The notes below the pieces were generated by a model. It worked only from the letters and a program-made list of their open reading frames with translations. It did no database searches and had not been told where the DNA came from. Made by a program: the position numbers and the translations under genes. A stretch of DNA of 57,835 nucleotides, filler included, from Sphacelaria rigidula (Eukaryota), in NCBI GenBank assembly GCA_964200075.2. It is 4 parts of 4 records of this genome, joined end to end, with 100 filler letters (N's around TTAATTAATTAA, not from the genome) between each part and the next. Parts side by side here need not be neighbours in the genome. Positions count along the whole stretch, not along the records: positions 28,974 to 43,354 come from CAXNAA020002278.1; positions 43,455 to 57,835 come from CAXNAA020002279.1; 2 more parts are not named here. One strand, written 5' to 3'. This document shows positions 34,201-47,596 of this stretch, piece by piece. Each line of letters begins with the position of its first letter. The stretch's first letter is position 1.

Positions 34201-37200
34201 TGATGACGAAGCACTACTGATGGCATTTCCAGAACTATTGTGCTGTGGACATTCACTCCGCTTGCGTGCTAGGTCACAAGCATGATTCGAAGCAGAATCC
34301 CTTGGTATCTATTTCTCCATTCACGACGAGATCGTTCAGAGTGTGGTACAGTTGTGATAGTTGCGCTTTGATCATCCTCGTTCAACAGGATCAGCGAAAC
34401 GCCCGCGACTGGTGAATTTCTCGTGGAACTGAAACAAGGTTTGTGGGGGCTACTGCAAGAGTCGCAACTAGTGCCCCCGGCGGGTATGTGGTCGGCCACA
34501 AATTTCGATGAATCCTCACGACAAGCCACTGCTCACAACCAAGCAAATGGTACCACGCCAGCGAGACGCACGTTCTCAGGAGAATGTGAAGGCTCGAACG
34601 GCCATGCCCCAGACCACAGAGAACTCTCGCGGGCGGCCCTTAGCCGGAAGATCGGTGACCATGTTCTCGACACAACCGCACCACTGCCCTCGGTAACGGA
34701 GGGCTACACATGCCACTCGCTCTCTGTCAGTCGTCGCCGTGTGGTGTGTCTCGCAGCCGCAACCGGAAAATTGAACGTATATGGCATCAAAGAAGTCACG
34801 CCTGAAAACGAGGGAAAGAGCGACAAGGGAGAGGAACGGGGAAAAGTACATCCCACCGACTATCTAAAACAGCAGAGAGGGGAGAACGATCCACGCAGGT
34901 TATCATCTTGGACGATTACACCACACGTAAAGGGCGAGGCCGCCACGTGCATGTGTCTGTTACCCGAAACTCCGTCTTGTGCGGCCGGTGCCTTGGACCG
35001 CGTGGTCGCCAGCGCGCGAGCACAATCCGCTGGCCTGCGCTTCTTTCGTGGGCACGAGCAAGGTACAACTAGGCCCTGCAGCAGCGACCATACCACCGGC
35101 GGACATCGTTGGGATGAGTGCGGTGCAATCGAAGGCGGGTGGGGAAGGACGGGCGAAGGAGGGAACACCAAAAGTCATGGGCGAGAGGCTATTGCTGCAA
35201 TTGGGACTTCGCATGGGGGCGTGCAGCTTGTCGAGATTGTCGTGGATGGCTCGGTGAGACTTCCCGGCGAAAGGCGGGGAAAAGGACGATGATGGGGGGT
35301 AATTGGTGGCAAAAGTCTGTACACGGACCATCGTTAGACGTACTTTGCCTCTCAAACACCCAGAATAGATTGGTTCGCTGATGAAACTACAGAGGAAAGG
35401 GGGAGCGGAGGGTGCGCCGCTCATATATTCCAACCTCGTCTCTTTTCTAATCCTTCTTCTACTTCGACAAGTGAACGTCTGTTTCGATCTACAAATATTA
35501 ATGCTACACTGAGTTCTGACCCCCGGTGGCTCAGTTGGTAACTTCGAAAGCTTCTGACGGTTGGGCTGTGGGTTCAAATCTCGGAGCGATCTGGGATTTT
35601 TTTTCACACCATGCCCAACAATGGAGAGCGACAATGTCGTGGGTACACAAAATTCGACTTCACGGTCGACGAGGGAAAGGGACTGCTGAACCCCTCTCGC
35701 GAACAAAAATAAAGGCAAGCACCGCAGAAGGAAAGTGGAATACCAGAAAACAAAGAAAGCAGACAAAAAAACTCCTGCGTTAACCTTCCTCCTGTGTGAC
35801 CCCGGCTGGTGCGCTCACATATACCGAAAGGTGTAGACCGCTGTCCAGAATAGATAGGACGACAACACACACTGAGTTCTGACCGTTGCGTCGCGCTCTT
35901 GAACCAACCCCTCGGGCACACAGACGCTGGTCTACCTTGAGGGATTATTTGCTGGTCCCATCACGGATATATGGTACTGTCACAGCGCCATCAACGCTAC
36001 CACCACTACTCGTGACGCTGTTGCAGAAGGGAAAACGAAGACAAACCCAGGGAATAGATCGGGACGCCTGGTGTGCATGGGCCGTGACACGGCAGGGACG
36101 ATGACGATCAAGGGTCTCGCACTTTCGCCGTCATTTTCACAAGTCTTTGTCATGCGCTTGATGGAGGACCCGACCTGCGTATGTGTTGCGAGCAGGCGGC
36201 TGATGCTGGCAACTGGTTACGCGGATGGAACGGTGACTGCAACACGCTTCGAGGGAGACAGGTGCGACAAGTCCACGCCCTAGTATCATTTCGAACACCA
36301 TGTGGTAGAATCGAGAGAAAATGAGTATTGGAACCGATTTTATCGATGTATCGAACACGGTACGATGTAGCGTATCATATCGATGTTTCGCAGCGATACC
36401 GACAATTTGCTGCTACTTACTGGCAGTAAACATCCCATATATTCCTGTGCTGTAGTCACTATTCAGCGAATAAATAGGTCGAGTACGGTCGAACTTGTGC
36501 TCTCGCCTGACGTCGAACAGCGCAACCACTATTATTCTCGGGATAGATCGGTCGTGATAGTATCGGGCGTTTGCCGGCGCCGATCTGCCGACATGTACAG
36601 CACCCTCCAATCCTACCGATACACCACTTCGTGGAATTCCGGATTTTGTTCTGAAATAATTACTTCTTTCACAATGGTGAGGAAGGTCAAGACCGATCGG
36701 ACAGATTTTAGGGCATAACATATCAAGGGAATGTTGACGGACGATTTATTGCGCAGTGTTCCCGATTTGGGTAGAGTCCCCGTGAAATATTCCGATAGTA
36801 GTGCACATGTTGGTTCGCTGCCCAGGGTGCATGAGATCCAGAGCGCGGAGTTCACGGGAAAGCATACCACCAGCATCGAGACAATTGCGATCAGCGAGCG
36901 ATATCGCTGTATTGCTACTGGGAGTGTAGACGGATACCTCAATATCTGGGACTTGAACGGCCTACATCTCCACACAATACATCTCCAGGTGTGTCAACCA
37001 CGCATCTTCAACACCCAACTAGTATTCCATGGGTCAGGATAGTAAAGTTGAGTCGCAGCGCTTAAAGTGACTAATAGCGACTGATCCCTGCAACCTCTCG
37101 TCAAGCCCAATAACAGTTCATATATCTTTCAAAATGTAATGCCAGCAAACAAGTGTTGGCAGTCAAAGGTATACGCTTGTGTACTAGAACGCTTCGAACC

Positions 37201-40200
37201 CGCTGCCTCGTATTGCATGTGGACCGTGCAGCACTCGAATAATAGCAAAATACCGGCCACTGCGAACTGCCCTCCTTCTCCCGTCGTTGACCCACAAGCC
37301 CACGTATCCTCGTCGAATCCGTCAGGAGCCGGCGCATGCGGTGGCCTTCGCGGATGTCACGGGCCAACTCGTAGTCTCGCGAGGTTCGGGAATATACCGC
37401 ATACGTCGCGGCAGGTGGTGCCCGCTCGGTCAGCTCATAGCCGTCGAGCGCGCCGATCGACGGCATCACACGCGATCTCAAGGTTTCAGCGGATTTTCAC
37501 AAACCTCGGTTCACGTAGCAGAAGAAGAAGCCCGTGCCCCACCCCGCCCACGTCAGGCAGACGACATTAGTCGAGTTACCTATTCGTCGGGCGAAGCTTC
37601 AGACGGGAGGAAGGAACAAGCGAGTCGAGAAGGGGATCCGCAGGTGGTGGGGGGGGGGCGTCCGCAGGTGGGGGGGATTTGGTCTAAGCTTGAGGCTGGT
37701 GATGTCTCGGGTACAAAATGCAAGAAATATATGGCGGTGGATACTAAGGATGAGATTACCGTCGCTCAAAAGAGTGAAGCAATAGTGGATTATGATAGCT
37801 GCTACCATGCGCCACCACGGGGACGACGACGGGATCTACCTCAAAGTTCGGAGCTGGTGTCCAAAAAGGAAGAATTGCCGGATTGCGGGGGCGATGGGGA
37901 AAGCAGACAAGAGGTCGTGCGGTGTTCCAGTGGAGCACGGCAGGACGTGCCATCAACATGTAAAGGAAATATAGATGTGGAAAATGGGACATGTATTATT
38001 TCCACCTCCGTCATGGGTGCAGTCATCTGGCGTCCGAAAACGTGTGTCGGACGGGGTGGTCTTGTGGACGGTGGAGAAAGGACTCCGATGTCGCCAAGAG
38101 CGGTCAGCATCTTGGATCGTATGGTCTCTAAAGTTCTGTCGATGCCGGCTCCTCTGAGCACACACGCAACAAAGGTGGGGTGGACGATAAAAACGATGAT
38201 GGCGTCGGAATACTGGCAACTTGATTGACGATCGGCTCACCTCTTCCGTATTGTAACACTGGTAGTGCTCGTCGAGAAAAACATCCTGAAACGACCTTAA
38301 TGCGACTCTCACATGTTGGTTATCAATACACGTATGTGCTGCTGCAACTTCTAGGATGCTGACGTAGTCTTGTGCTTAGAAGTCATGCCGCAGCCGATAG
38401 TATGGCGTTTCTGCTGTTCAGACACGTTTGCGCTGCAGTACGGACTAGAGGAATTCCTGATCATCACCCTATCATGAGTACTACCACATGAAAAGAGGCG
38501 ACCCTCATAATTATCCGTAGAGGACGCATCACTTTTTTTTCAGATTGGCGATACCGTGAGATGACTATACATGCTTCCTGAACAGGAGGTCCCAGCTTCA
38601 AAGTCAGGTCTCGACCAACGCGACCGATAAAGCAATTCCCAAGATTGAGGGGGCAAGAACACAGTCGTAAAATTGCTGGGGAGAACAGAAACTGGTGGAG
38701 GACCGGCAAGCAGAGTTCATAAACTCAAGGAGAAACTCTCCTGCAAAGGGCTTATTTTTTGGCGGTCCAATACACACGCAAGAGGCGTGCCAAAAAAAGG
38801 AGTAGAAATATCCTCACCGCCACAGTAGTCGGCGGAAAAGATGATATCTACAAACCTGCTCTCGTGAAGGAACTCACGAAAATGCTCATAAGGGGTGATG
38901 TAGATACTACCAGATTGAAGGGGGAAGGTTCCTCTCCACTCTATACTCTAGTCACGGTGCCCTTAACCGTTTTATCGCCTGCATCCTCCTGGGATCCTGA
39001 CAATCTGGCCCGGAGGATGGTGATTTCATAGGCGAGGAGGTTGCAGCAGGTCCCCTTTCGCGTTTCTTCTTCACCAATAGGATCGCAGCAGTCGAACCTA
39101 GTTGAGCAGCTGAGTTGGGGTTTGGTTGCCCTCTACCATACTCCGTCTCATCTCCGCAAGTGCTCAGAGCGAACAGGATGGCTGCGCCCTGTACCCCTTT
39201 GTGTCTCGCTACAAGCTGGGCCAGCCTTACATGGATTTGAGCCCTGACATCAATATATCATCGATGCAGAGGGGTTAGGCCGTGATTCGCACATCGTATT
39301 AATCGCCCGGTCAAGGGGCAGATGCCCATCTGCTCAAAACCCCGCCAATGTATTCTCTTGTAATAGACGTCATGTTGAGTATTTCTCATGACAGTCCGGC
39401 GATATCTCCATTGTAAAGTCTATACAAAATCCAACTGATCAGCGGATGATCATGATCTTTAGTATGAATCCTCTGAAGCACGGGAAACGGTCGACACCTT
39501 TACCTTCACCTAATCTGTTATCTATGTAGCGACATGACGCACATGATATCCCATACTATATTTAGTCAAAATATTACGAGCAGAGGCACTAAATACCCCA
39601 AGTCTAAAACATGCGCATAGGTTATGAGAATTGAGCTTTAAAATCTGGGACGGAGTATCGTACGAGAAAAATGAAAAAAGAGCTTGGGAACTTCTTTTCT
39701 ATTCCTTTTTATAGCTTATGAATGTTTTTGTGAAAAATAGATATTGTTTTTTGTCCGTAGCTCTGTTACTCAGCTCAGTTTATCATGGAGAACAGCAAGG
39801 GAATACTGAAAACAAAACACAACTAGGCCCACTATTTATTTTTCGTGTGTTGAGGACGTTTTTGTGAAAAATAGTCGCTGTTACACGTAAACATCCTCAA
39901 CTTACGAAGGAGACGCCCTCAACTCACAAGTAGAGAACACTCAACATGCCGCAGATTCGGTATGGAGATCCGCTAGAAAATAATTAAACAAAATGTATTT
40001 TTGGAAACTTGACATATTTTTCATGAGTCAGGGACGTTTTTGTGAAAACAGAAATTAGTTTTTTGCCCTTAGTTCGTACGAAAAAGTCTCAAGGTTCCAA
40101 AATTTCGTTCTTGCTCTTGTGCCCGAGCAATTCTGCATATAAAAATTTAGAGTGCGACTCTCATGACGGAGGTGAGAATTTGCCTGCAATCAACTACAGA

Positions 40201-42389
40201 TCCGCCGTTTCTAGACTTTCCCAGCTCGTAACGTTCTTGTCATCGCTTTAAACAGCGGAGATGCATATGCGATTGCCAAACAGCCACTGGTGGTGTGCAG
40301 ATATCACACGGAAAGGGCACGCGGCATGTACGTCGCAATGTCCCAGCGGGTGCGGGACCCCTTGTTCACATGAAGGTGTTGTCTCTCCCGCCGCTTCCGC
40401 CGAAAAAACAACTTCGAACGCCTGTCAGGGGGGCGGAGGATAAAGCGACCTGCAGGCGCATGGACGCTGAAGGGGTTTAATCCTGTGGCAGCTTCCCTTG
40501 ATTTTGCGTATGATCATGTATGCTATAGATCGACGTGGGGTATGATGCCTGTCAGCGTCCTCCGCTCACAACCGCGGGTGACGGCTGCCGTACACCATCT
40601 ATATATGCCGGTTACTCTCTACAACGTCTCGGAGTGAAAGATTAATCAAATCCAACGCTATGCGAACCTTCCTCACGTGCACGGCTTGTCTTTTTATCTC
40701 AAGCCTGGAACAGGGAAACGTGTACAAGGGACGTTCAATGACATGGATGGACCAAAACGTGCGTCGCCCCAAACACCACTGGTGGCGTCTCAACCCCCAG
40801 CTGACCCGGATGCATCCGGTACACCAGCAACGCGGCCGATCTTGACCACCGAGAGTCTCCACAGCGGCGATATCACGGAGGACGAGGTCGGCATTTCCAC
40901 AGAGCACAAAATGGATGTCGTGACGACGGTAATACCGAGCAAACAACTAGAATCTAGTAAGCGAAATTGTGCGGAAAGTGACGGAATACACCCCAGGCCG
41001 AAACAGCATGCTCATCAGCCCACCTCGTTGCTTCGGTGTCCGCGTAAATATTTTACCACGCGTTGTACTTCCGAGCACTCGTACCTTCGCGTTCCGGGTG
41101 GAGCCAAAACTACTATTAATAATACTGCCAGCGACGGGCGTGTGGTGGACATTTTTGTGGAGGGAAAGAGGCCCATCAAGACGGTGGGTACGGAGGAGGA
41201 CGGGGAGGAATGTCGCCTGAGTACCACTATAGCTGCTGCTGCTGCTGCTGCTGCTACTACTTCGAGGCCGGCGAGAGCAAAGCTCGTTCGATCTGTTTTC
41301 ATTCCTTGTGGAGCAAAAACGGCACCTGAGTACTGCTGCACCGACTCAGGGGAATCGCCTGCCGCTGTTGCACAGGGAGAATTGCAGCAGCAACTACATG
41401 GCGGAGATTTCTCTGGGGATGCGATGGATACTATCTCATTTGACAAAAGGAGTCTCCACCCCAGCGTTGGTGACTGCAGCAGCCAACACGCCGGTCTACC
41501 ACACGCACCCAGCCTGGAGCCCCCTCATCCACCGAACTGGCATGTTGGAGACACGATCGGCTCAGTTGCTGACCACGATTTCGCCTTTCTCGGTTCATCA
41601 CAAAAATGGTGGGACGATACCGCTTCCCCCAGTTTCCCGACGCGCGGAGATCCTGCGGTAATGCTGGCATCGGGCAATGTGGGGGAGACTGCGGCAGAGC
41701 CGGTAACCATTCGCAGATTACTTGGACAACACCCTAAAGAAAGAATGGCATCCCTGTCGTCGGGCACTGGGGGGGCACACTGTGCGCGCAGGGGGCAACG
41801 AGCTACAGCAGTGGCAGATACCATCTCTACACGAGGGGGGGGGCGGGGTACGCTACAAAGTTGTATGAAGAAACAGTTGGGAGAGAGAACGGAAGCCGAG
41901 CGAAGATCCATGCTGCCAGCTCCTGTGGATTATGCGAAAGACAGCACCCTCGCTAAAGATAGGGCGACTGATTCGTCGGCGGCAGTAGTGAGACCCACGA
42001 AGGTTTCAATGTCGTGCGGCGCGGTGGGTGGCACTAGGGGGTCCGACGTGTTGTCGCCGTCAGGATGGAATGCCTATGAATCAGATGCTCTTTCGCGAGC
42101 GGTGCCACCGAACCTAGGTCCGGCTACCACAAGTTCTAAACCGAGAGGAAGTAAAGGGCACAATGAGCAGTGGAACACCTTGACCTCCACGGGACGAGGA
42201 ACGTTTTTCCCCGTGAGACCTCAGTATCAACGGAGGACGTCCTCCGACCGTGGGCAGATGTTCGAGGGTGGCAACAAGCGGGTCTTCGGCCGGACAGGGC
42301 GCATACACACACCTATGTCTGTGCCGATGAGGGTTGCTGCTGTGCGGGGGGATTCCCCGTTGGTCACTCCTGAGAACACTTCTTGTTGA
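31281..42389 (+). CDS. Large multi-exon WD40-repeat protein with a low-complexity C-terminal region; family unassigned, 5' end and some exons uncertain
   Basis: WD-like exons at about 32053-32240 (EIISGGSNGCLVW), 33227-34010 (ILTGGGNGIVKIW; GHSGAITGL..IVSAGVDKTLRLWD; possible in-frame intron 33517-33654), 34389-35253, about 35986-36261 (LATGYADGTV), about 36711-36988 (KHTTSIETIAIS..IATGSVDGYLNIWD) and about 37326-38173. Long terminal ORF 40677-42389; its attachment to the gene is inferred. Splice 32240/33227 is phase-consistent. Confidence 0.7.
32385..32675. mobile_element. MITE with GAG..CTC termini and 4-bp ATAT TSD (Sola-like)
   Basis: TIR GAGTAATGCTACGGTAGGGG / CCCCTACCGTAGCACCACTC; ATAT at 32381-84 and 32676-79. 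Related copy at about 24457-24713. Confidence 0.65.
32680..32947. repeat. GGATGTCCATCT-type minisatellite within an outer TIR element (about 32348-32947)
   Basis: Repeats of GGGATGTCCATCT / GGATATCCATC. Outer inverted match TGCATTATCGTCCAACCTTCATTTGGGAT / ATCCCAGATGAAAGTTGCGCGATCATGCA. Confidence 0.65.
35522..35871 (+). mobile_element. Full-length tRNA-derived SINE (about 350 bp) with TSD, in an intron of the WD40 gene
   Basis: A box TGGCTCAGTTGG (35527), B box GGTTCAAATC (35571), (CA)n tail. Direct repeat ACACTGAGTTCTGACC at 35506-35521 and 35869-35884. Confidence 0.9.
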
Positions 42390-43354
42390 ACAAAAGACCC
42401 CTCGTTGTTCACGCAAGCTCGTTCGGGATCTTAGCTTCAGAAAAAAATTCAGACGCAAGTGCGTTAAAACCATGGGTGTGTGACGAAAAATGGATGGTGA
42501 CAACTAAGAGGCATTTCAAGGTCAGGACTTCTTAATGACACCAATGTTTTTTAGAATGAGCATGATGTCGCAGTGGTAAAAATAAGGTGGCACCACCGGT
42601 CAGGGCAGCGACGAAGTAGGTGTACACTAGCATCTGCTTCTGCTCCCGTGCTCGAGGATCGCGTGCTTGAAGAATTGTCTCAAGATGAGGGGTACAACGG
42701 TTGTTGGGCAGCAGGTGTCCGGAGCATCCGTGTGGTAGCAACGTCGGTTCGCGTGAACACACGGGAATAGTAGCCTGATTGATATTTGCTTGGGGTGCCC
42801 GAGTTTATCTCAAGACGACAGGTGAGTGATGTTTCATGTATTGAACAATACCAACTGCAAACAAGCAAGACACACACCAAGTATATTTCTCGTTACAACC
42901 CACACCACACGAGCAACCACCTATCCTGTAATCATCTGAAACTAACATAGCACCAGAGAGCAAGGAATCGAGACATGTGGACCATCTGAATGATATATAT
43001 CCTAAATCAACGACATTTCCCTCGTAACAGACCACACACACATGCAAAGAAGCAGGCTGTCTATCTACTAACAGTATAATTACAGCATAGCGGAATCGTT
43101 ACTCCCACAGAGTGAGTGAGTGCTATTACCACCCCGAGGTCGACATTCATCGCGCAAAACGAACCCCAGGACTCGAAATTCGTCGCAACCCGGTGGGGCA
43201 CTGACCTACCACGGCGAGAAAATCATCATACGCACGCAGCAGCTATAGAACATGAATACTAGCCCGTAATCTCAAATGAGGGAGAGAAGGAGGGGGGGGG
43301 GGGGGGGAGAGAGGGAGAAATAGAGAGGATCAATACACGTCCGATCATCACACA

Positions 43355-43454
43355 NNNNNNNNNNNNNNNNNNNNNNNNNNNNNNNNNNNNNNNNNNNNTT
43401 AATTAATTAANNNNNNNNNNNNNNNNNNNNNNNNNNNNNNNNNNNNNNNNNNNN
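43355..43454. other. Artificial contig spacer
   Basis: 44 N + TTAATTAATTAA + 44 N. Confidence 0.98.
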
Positions 43455-43737
43455 GGGAGCGGTTGATTCTCATTTCAAAATACGTTCTCATTTTTCTGGC
43501 AACCCTGTTATATATATATATATATATATTGCTCTGCTTTGCATCGCGCTTCCAATTTTCTTTTTCAATTTTCCTTCGTTATGATGGAAAAGGAGCATAA
43601 TAATGAGAAACCATGCGCCGTTCTAATCTAGCAAGCTAGGGTGAGAAACAAGTGATACCGAGACGGTAAAACAGCACGCGAACAGACCAGCGACTTCAAG
43701 GAGGGCGGCAGTCACGCGCAAGGGTGTACACGGTTCG

Positions 43738-43854
43738 AGAGAGCTCGGTTCAAGTGCCGGTTTAAGATAGGTAAAAAAAGCTCGGCACACCACTCTCTTC
43801 AACCAAACCCTGGTTTCTCTCAAACCGGACCTATTCTCTTGAACCGAGCTCTCT
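43738..43854. repeat. 17-bp perfect inverted repeat amid CGGTT(T/C)AAG-type motifs; probable MITE remnant
   Basis: AGAGAGCTCGGTTCAAG (43738-54) / CTTGAACCGAGCTCTCT (43838-54). The adjacent TCTCTTAAACCG matches the TIR core of the 29307 element. Confidence 0.6.
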
Positions 43855-46211
43855 TTCTCTTAAACCGCATCCGCCCCCTAGCTCCCCGCTCTTTTACTGC
43901 ACAGTACTGTAGTCCGAAAAACAACATCTTAGTACGTTCGGCAGTTGAAACACACAAACAGCTTCAAGCTCCACTGATTGCAAGTACGATGCCTTGCGCG
44001 GCGGGTATTACAACAGTGTTTGTACGGCAGTATTACAGCAGAGAGGTGCAACATGGCCGAGGTGTCGTACCATCTTTGTAAGCCCGAGCTAGCCTGGATG
44101 AACGAGTTTGGATCGAGAGAAACAAAACAAACTTGCATGGCAGACTTCATGTAGCGTTGCAAAAGCTGCTGATGAGCGCATGTAATATGTCTGTTGCTGG
44201 GTAGGACGGGTGTATAGGAACTTGGGGTTTCACTACTGGTGAGAAGATCACTTGTACAGCAGTACAGATTACAGTACGGTATGTGTGGTTTTTCTGTCTT
44301 GAGGTCAGCAGAGCTATGGTGTTTTAGCTGACTGTCTGTACATAAAAAAAGGACATGTAAACCATGCGATGTACACAAACTTGCATCTTCGACCAAATAA
44401 ATGCTGTTTTTTTTTACCAGTGTCACGTCATTTGCTTTGGTGGAATCTGCCATGTTGTGCTGCTCTGTTCTGTGGGGATTTGTACAAAGGACAATCTCAC
44501 GTGTCATGAGCGAATGCCATTTCACCCCTTGGCTTGTATAGGACGAGTTCACCAACGAAACACGGCCGTCTTGAGACAGATGTTTTCGAGACAGAACCCA
44601 AGGCATGCCCGACGCTGCTGGTCCTGGTATCCAAATTTCCGTACTCTCTCGTTCTAGCACGATGTCAGGTACGCCTTTCACTGCAGATGCGTTGGTATGT
44701 GGCGGCCACAACTGCTGCTGCTCGTGTTCTTGTCTTGTTATCTTCGCAGTGGTGGTAAACGTTGGGTGGCAGCTCGGGGGGGTTCGCTTCCCGAGTAGTA
44801 CAGCAGCTGAACACTAGTGCACCAAGAGTTTCCACCCACTGATCTGGAGCGAGTCATCTCCGGGGGAACAATATCATCTCAACACCGAGCACTCACAGGC
44901 TTGAAGATATGTGCCATGTTTATATAGTACATTTCATATGAGCCAGGTCGTTGTTTTTAAGTGACGCGTGTATTTTTGGCTCACCTCCCGCAGATTGGGG
45001 TCACTTTAAGTGAAATAAAATATCTTCGCATTTTTTTATTGACAGCTGTACTGTCGCCATGTGCTCGTAACACTGCAAACACTGCAGGACTGTGTTGTGT
45101 TACGTGTACTACCCTGTACTCCATGTAATGAAGTCACGTTTCGGGCAGTTTTTGAAAAGTTCTGCTTGTTTATTTCAAAGTTCTCGAAAACATCTGCTTG
45201 TTTTTCTGTCACAGAAATCCAATGCCGAATCTGGAATGGCCTGAGACAACAACCAATTTGAATTTTTGAATACAGTGTAGACGATGTGTATGTGCAACTT
45301 CAAGTGTGAAAACCAAGTTGGATCTAGATTCTACATGTTTCGAGGAAGTTTGGAAGTATCCTGATATCGTATCCGACATCGTGCGACATGACGCGATACG
45401 ATATATCTGATATCGTATCGGTATCGCGAATCGATGAGAGTAGATATCGGGTATCGTATCCTGTCGATACTTTTCTCGATGCGCATCACTACCGTAAAAG
45501 CCGTCATTGCCCTACTCCAAAAGTCAGCGTGCCTACGGAGGAAGGCACAGTGCGACGACAGGACCACACGTGCGGACATCTGATGTACATGTGACAATAC
45601 ACAAGTCTCAACGACGCATCGACTCTCTACTCCCAATATTCTCTACTAAACCAGCATGATTTACCCGTAGCTAGTGACCAGACGGGTATGGTGTTCGTAG
45701 TCTGGAGCAGACCTGTTCTCAATATCAGAAACTTTGACCCAACGCTCCATGAAAAACACACCACACGATAAGGCTTTGGAGATGTGCATGCATACAGTAG
45801 CTAGCTGTCCCTGCTCCAAATTTATGAACGAGTTGCTGTAAAGCAAGGAACCGTTCGTTGGGTGTAGATGGGAGCACCAGATATCAAGTGCACTTCGTTG
45901 GGAGGCTGTGGTGTCTTCTGCGTAATTATTCGGGCCCCTTCGTGGCGGTGTGACATGTTGCGGTTCCTGCCCTCGTTCTGCCTGCTCAGATGTTCACAAG
46001 AGTTGCTCGTACCTAATTCCATTGCAAGAAACGCCGATATGAGGGGAAATATGTGCGTTATTAATTGAACCAAACCTAGACGTTTCGAGCTGTAGTCGAT
46101 TTCGAAAGTGATTTCAGAACGTTTGTGGATTGCCTCGACAAACACGGCCTAGCCGGCGGCTTCAACCCGTACCTCAAGCCGGCTGACTGCAGACCATGCA
46201 TCAAAAGCCAG

Positions 46212-46984
46212 TGTAATACATCCTTAAACCGGAAATAGGAGACGTGACGGGATCAGTAACAACGGATGGGTCCATGCGCGCGAGGAACCATCGAGGACCG
46301 TTCTCCTGTTCTATGCTTTTCCGTTTTCATCACGCATGCGGCCTCGCCAGAATTCGAGGACTTGTGCCGGTATTGCGGGGACTGTTCGAAGGTTATCGGT
46401 TGTACTGGTACAACAGCAGAAATATTTATTAGCATCGTCCTCTAATCAACACTACGCGGTATTCCGGTTGTGCACAAGACAAGAATGATTAGCCAGCATC
46501 ACCGTCACAACCGTGCCAAGGATGGTGATGCTGCAAGTAACACGCACCCGCCACTCACGAAACGCACTCGACAACCGAATCACAAGTACCACGTACGCTC
46601 GAATTCGGCGCTCGCCCATGACTCGCAACGGATAACCCACTGGATCATTCCACCTAATGTTACTCGTACATACCCACCACAATGTATCCCTGCCCGTGAC
46701 GCTTCCTGCGTGGACACGGACGCGAATGACCCAGGACTTGACGCATATAAATGCGCCGTACCCTCAAACGGGGATGAGCCATAAAAACGGCCGTACCATA
46801 CAACGTAGCATCGTTCGTGACAGGACCGGGGGGAAACTGCCGACAGGAGCATTGAATCCCGATAACGCTTCCCTGCGAGTACACAACCAAATCATCTGCC
46901 ACCCTTGAAGAGGGACCGATCTAAAGGGACGGGTCTGCTTACCCTGAGAGAGGGACGGGGATGATCTCCCGAAAAATATTGACA
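46212..46984 (-). mobile_element. Possible LTR (about 770 bp)
   Basis: Minus strand begins TGTCAATA and ends TATTACA, with AATAAA near 46427-46432 and a weak PPT-like GTGCGGGTGC upstream. No TSD. Confidence 0.4.
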
Positions 46985-47596
46985 GCACCCGCACACGCGC
47001 TTATACTTCACTCCACTCCACAACAATTGCCGCCATGAGCGCACGCGTCGAATATCTCTGTACCGTGCCCACTGTATAACTCTTCAGCTCCACTGACGGG
47101 GTAGTTCACAACCGAACCACTTTTATTGAACAGAATGTACGCGAACCTATTTCAAGCGACGGCCCCGGGGAAATCTTCGCTGAACATCTTTCACACTGCT
47201 AAACGCCTGAAGGGTCAGTTGCCGCTTCCTCAGCGTGCCTGATTGCGACCTATTGTCAATACAGGCATGATCTACTGAAAGATTACATCATGTTACACTT
47301 TGTATATTTCATATATATACATATATATACTGTGCACTGATGCTCTGTTTTTCGGAGTCAAGTGTTTCGCTCAGACCACCGACCAGGGACGCATCACCCC
47401 CATCATCGATACCATTAGAAAACACTGCGATGAGGTCGAACGACAGTACTCCCAACTCTTGCACTGCAGTACGAGCCGTATACCACGGGAGAGCCCTCGG
47501 CTTGGATCAACCTCCGCGGGCAGAGGAACATCAGCGCCCGCGGACCATTTTTTCCCCGTTAGCCACCGCTGTGGGGTTGTTGCTTCTCCACTCCGA

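Noticed and set aside
35522-35590. tRNA gene (also at 15008 and 50861)
   Set aside because: A and B boxes are present, but no convincing cloverleaf or acceptor stem; they run into a shared SINE body and tail.
39720-40050. Three GTTTTTGTGAAAA motifs in an AT-rich WD40 intron
   Set aside because: Probably a MITE remnant, but no TIR or TSD could be defined.
43929-44711. 260-aa minus-strand ORF
   Set aside because: No recognisable domain or splice pattern; lies in repeat-like DNA.
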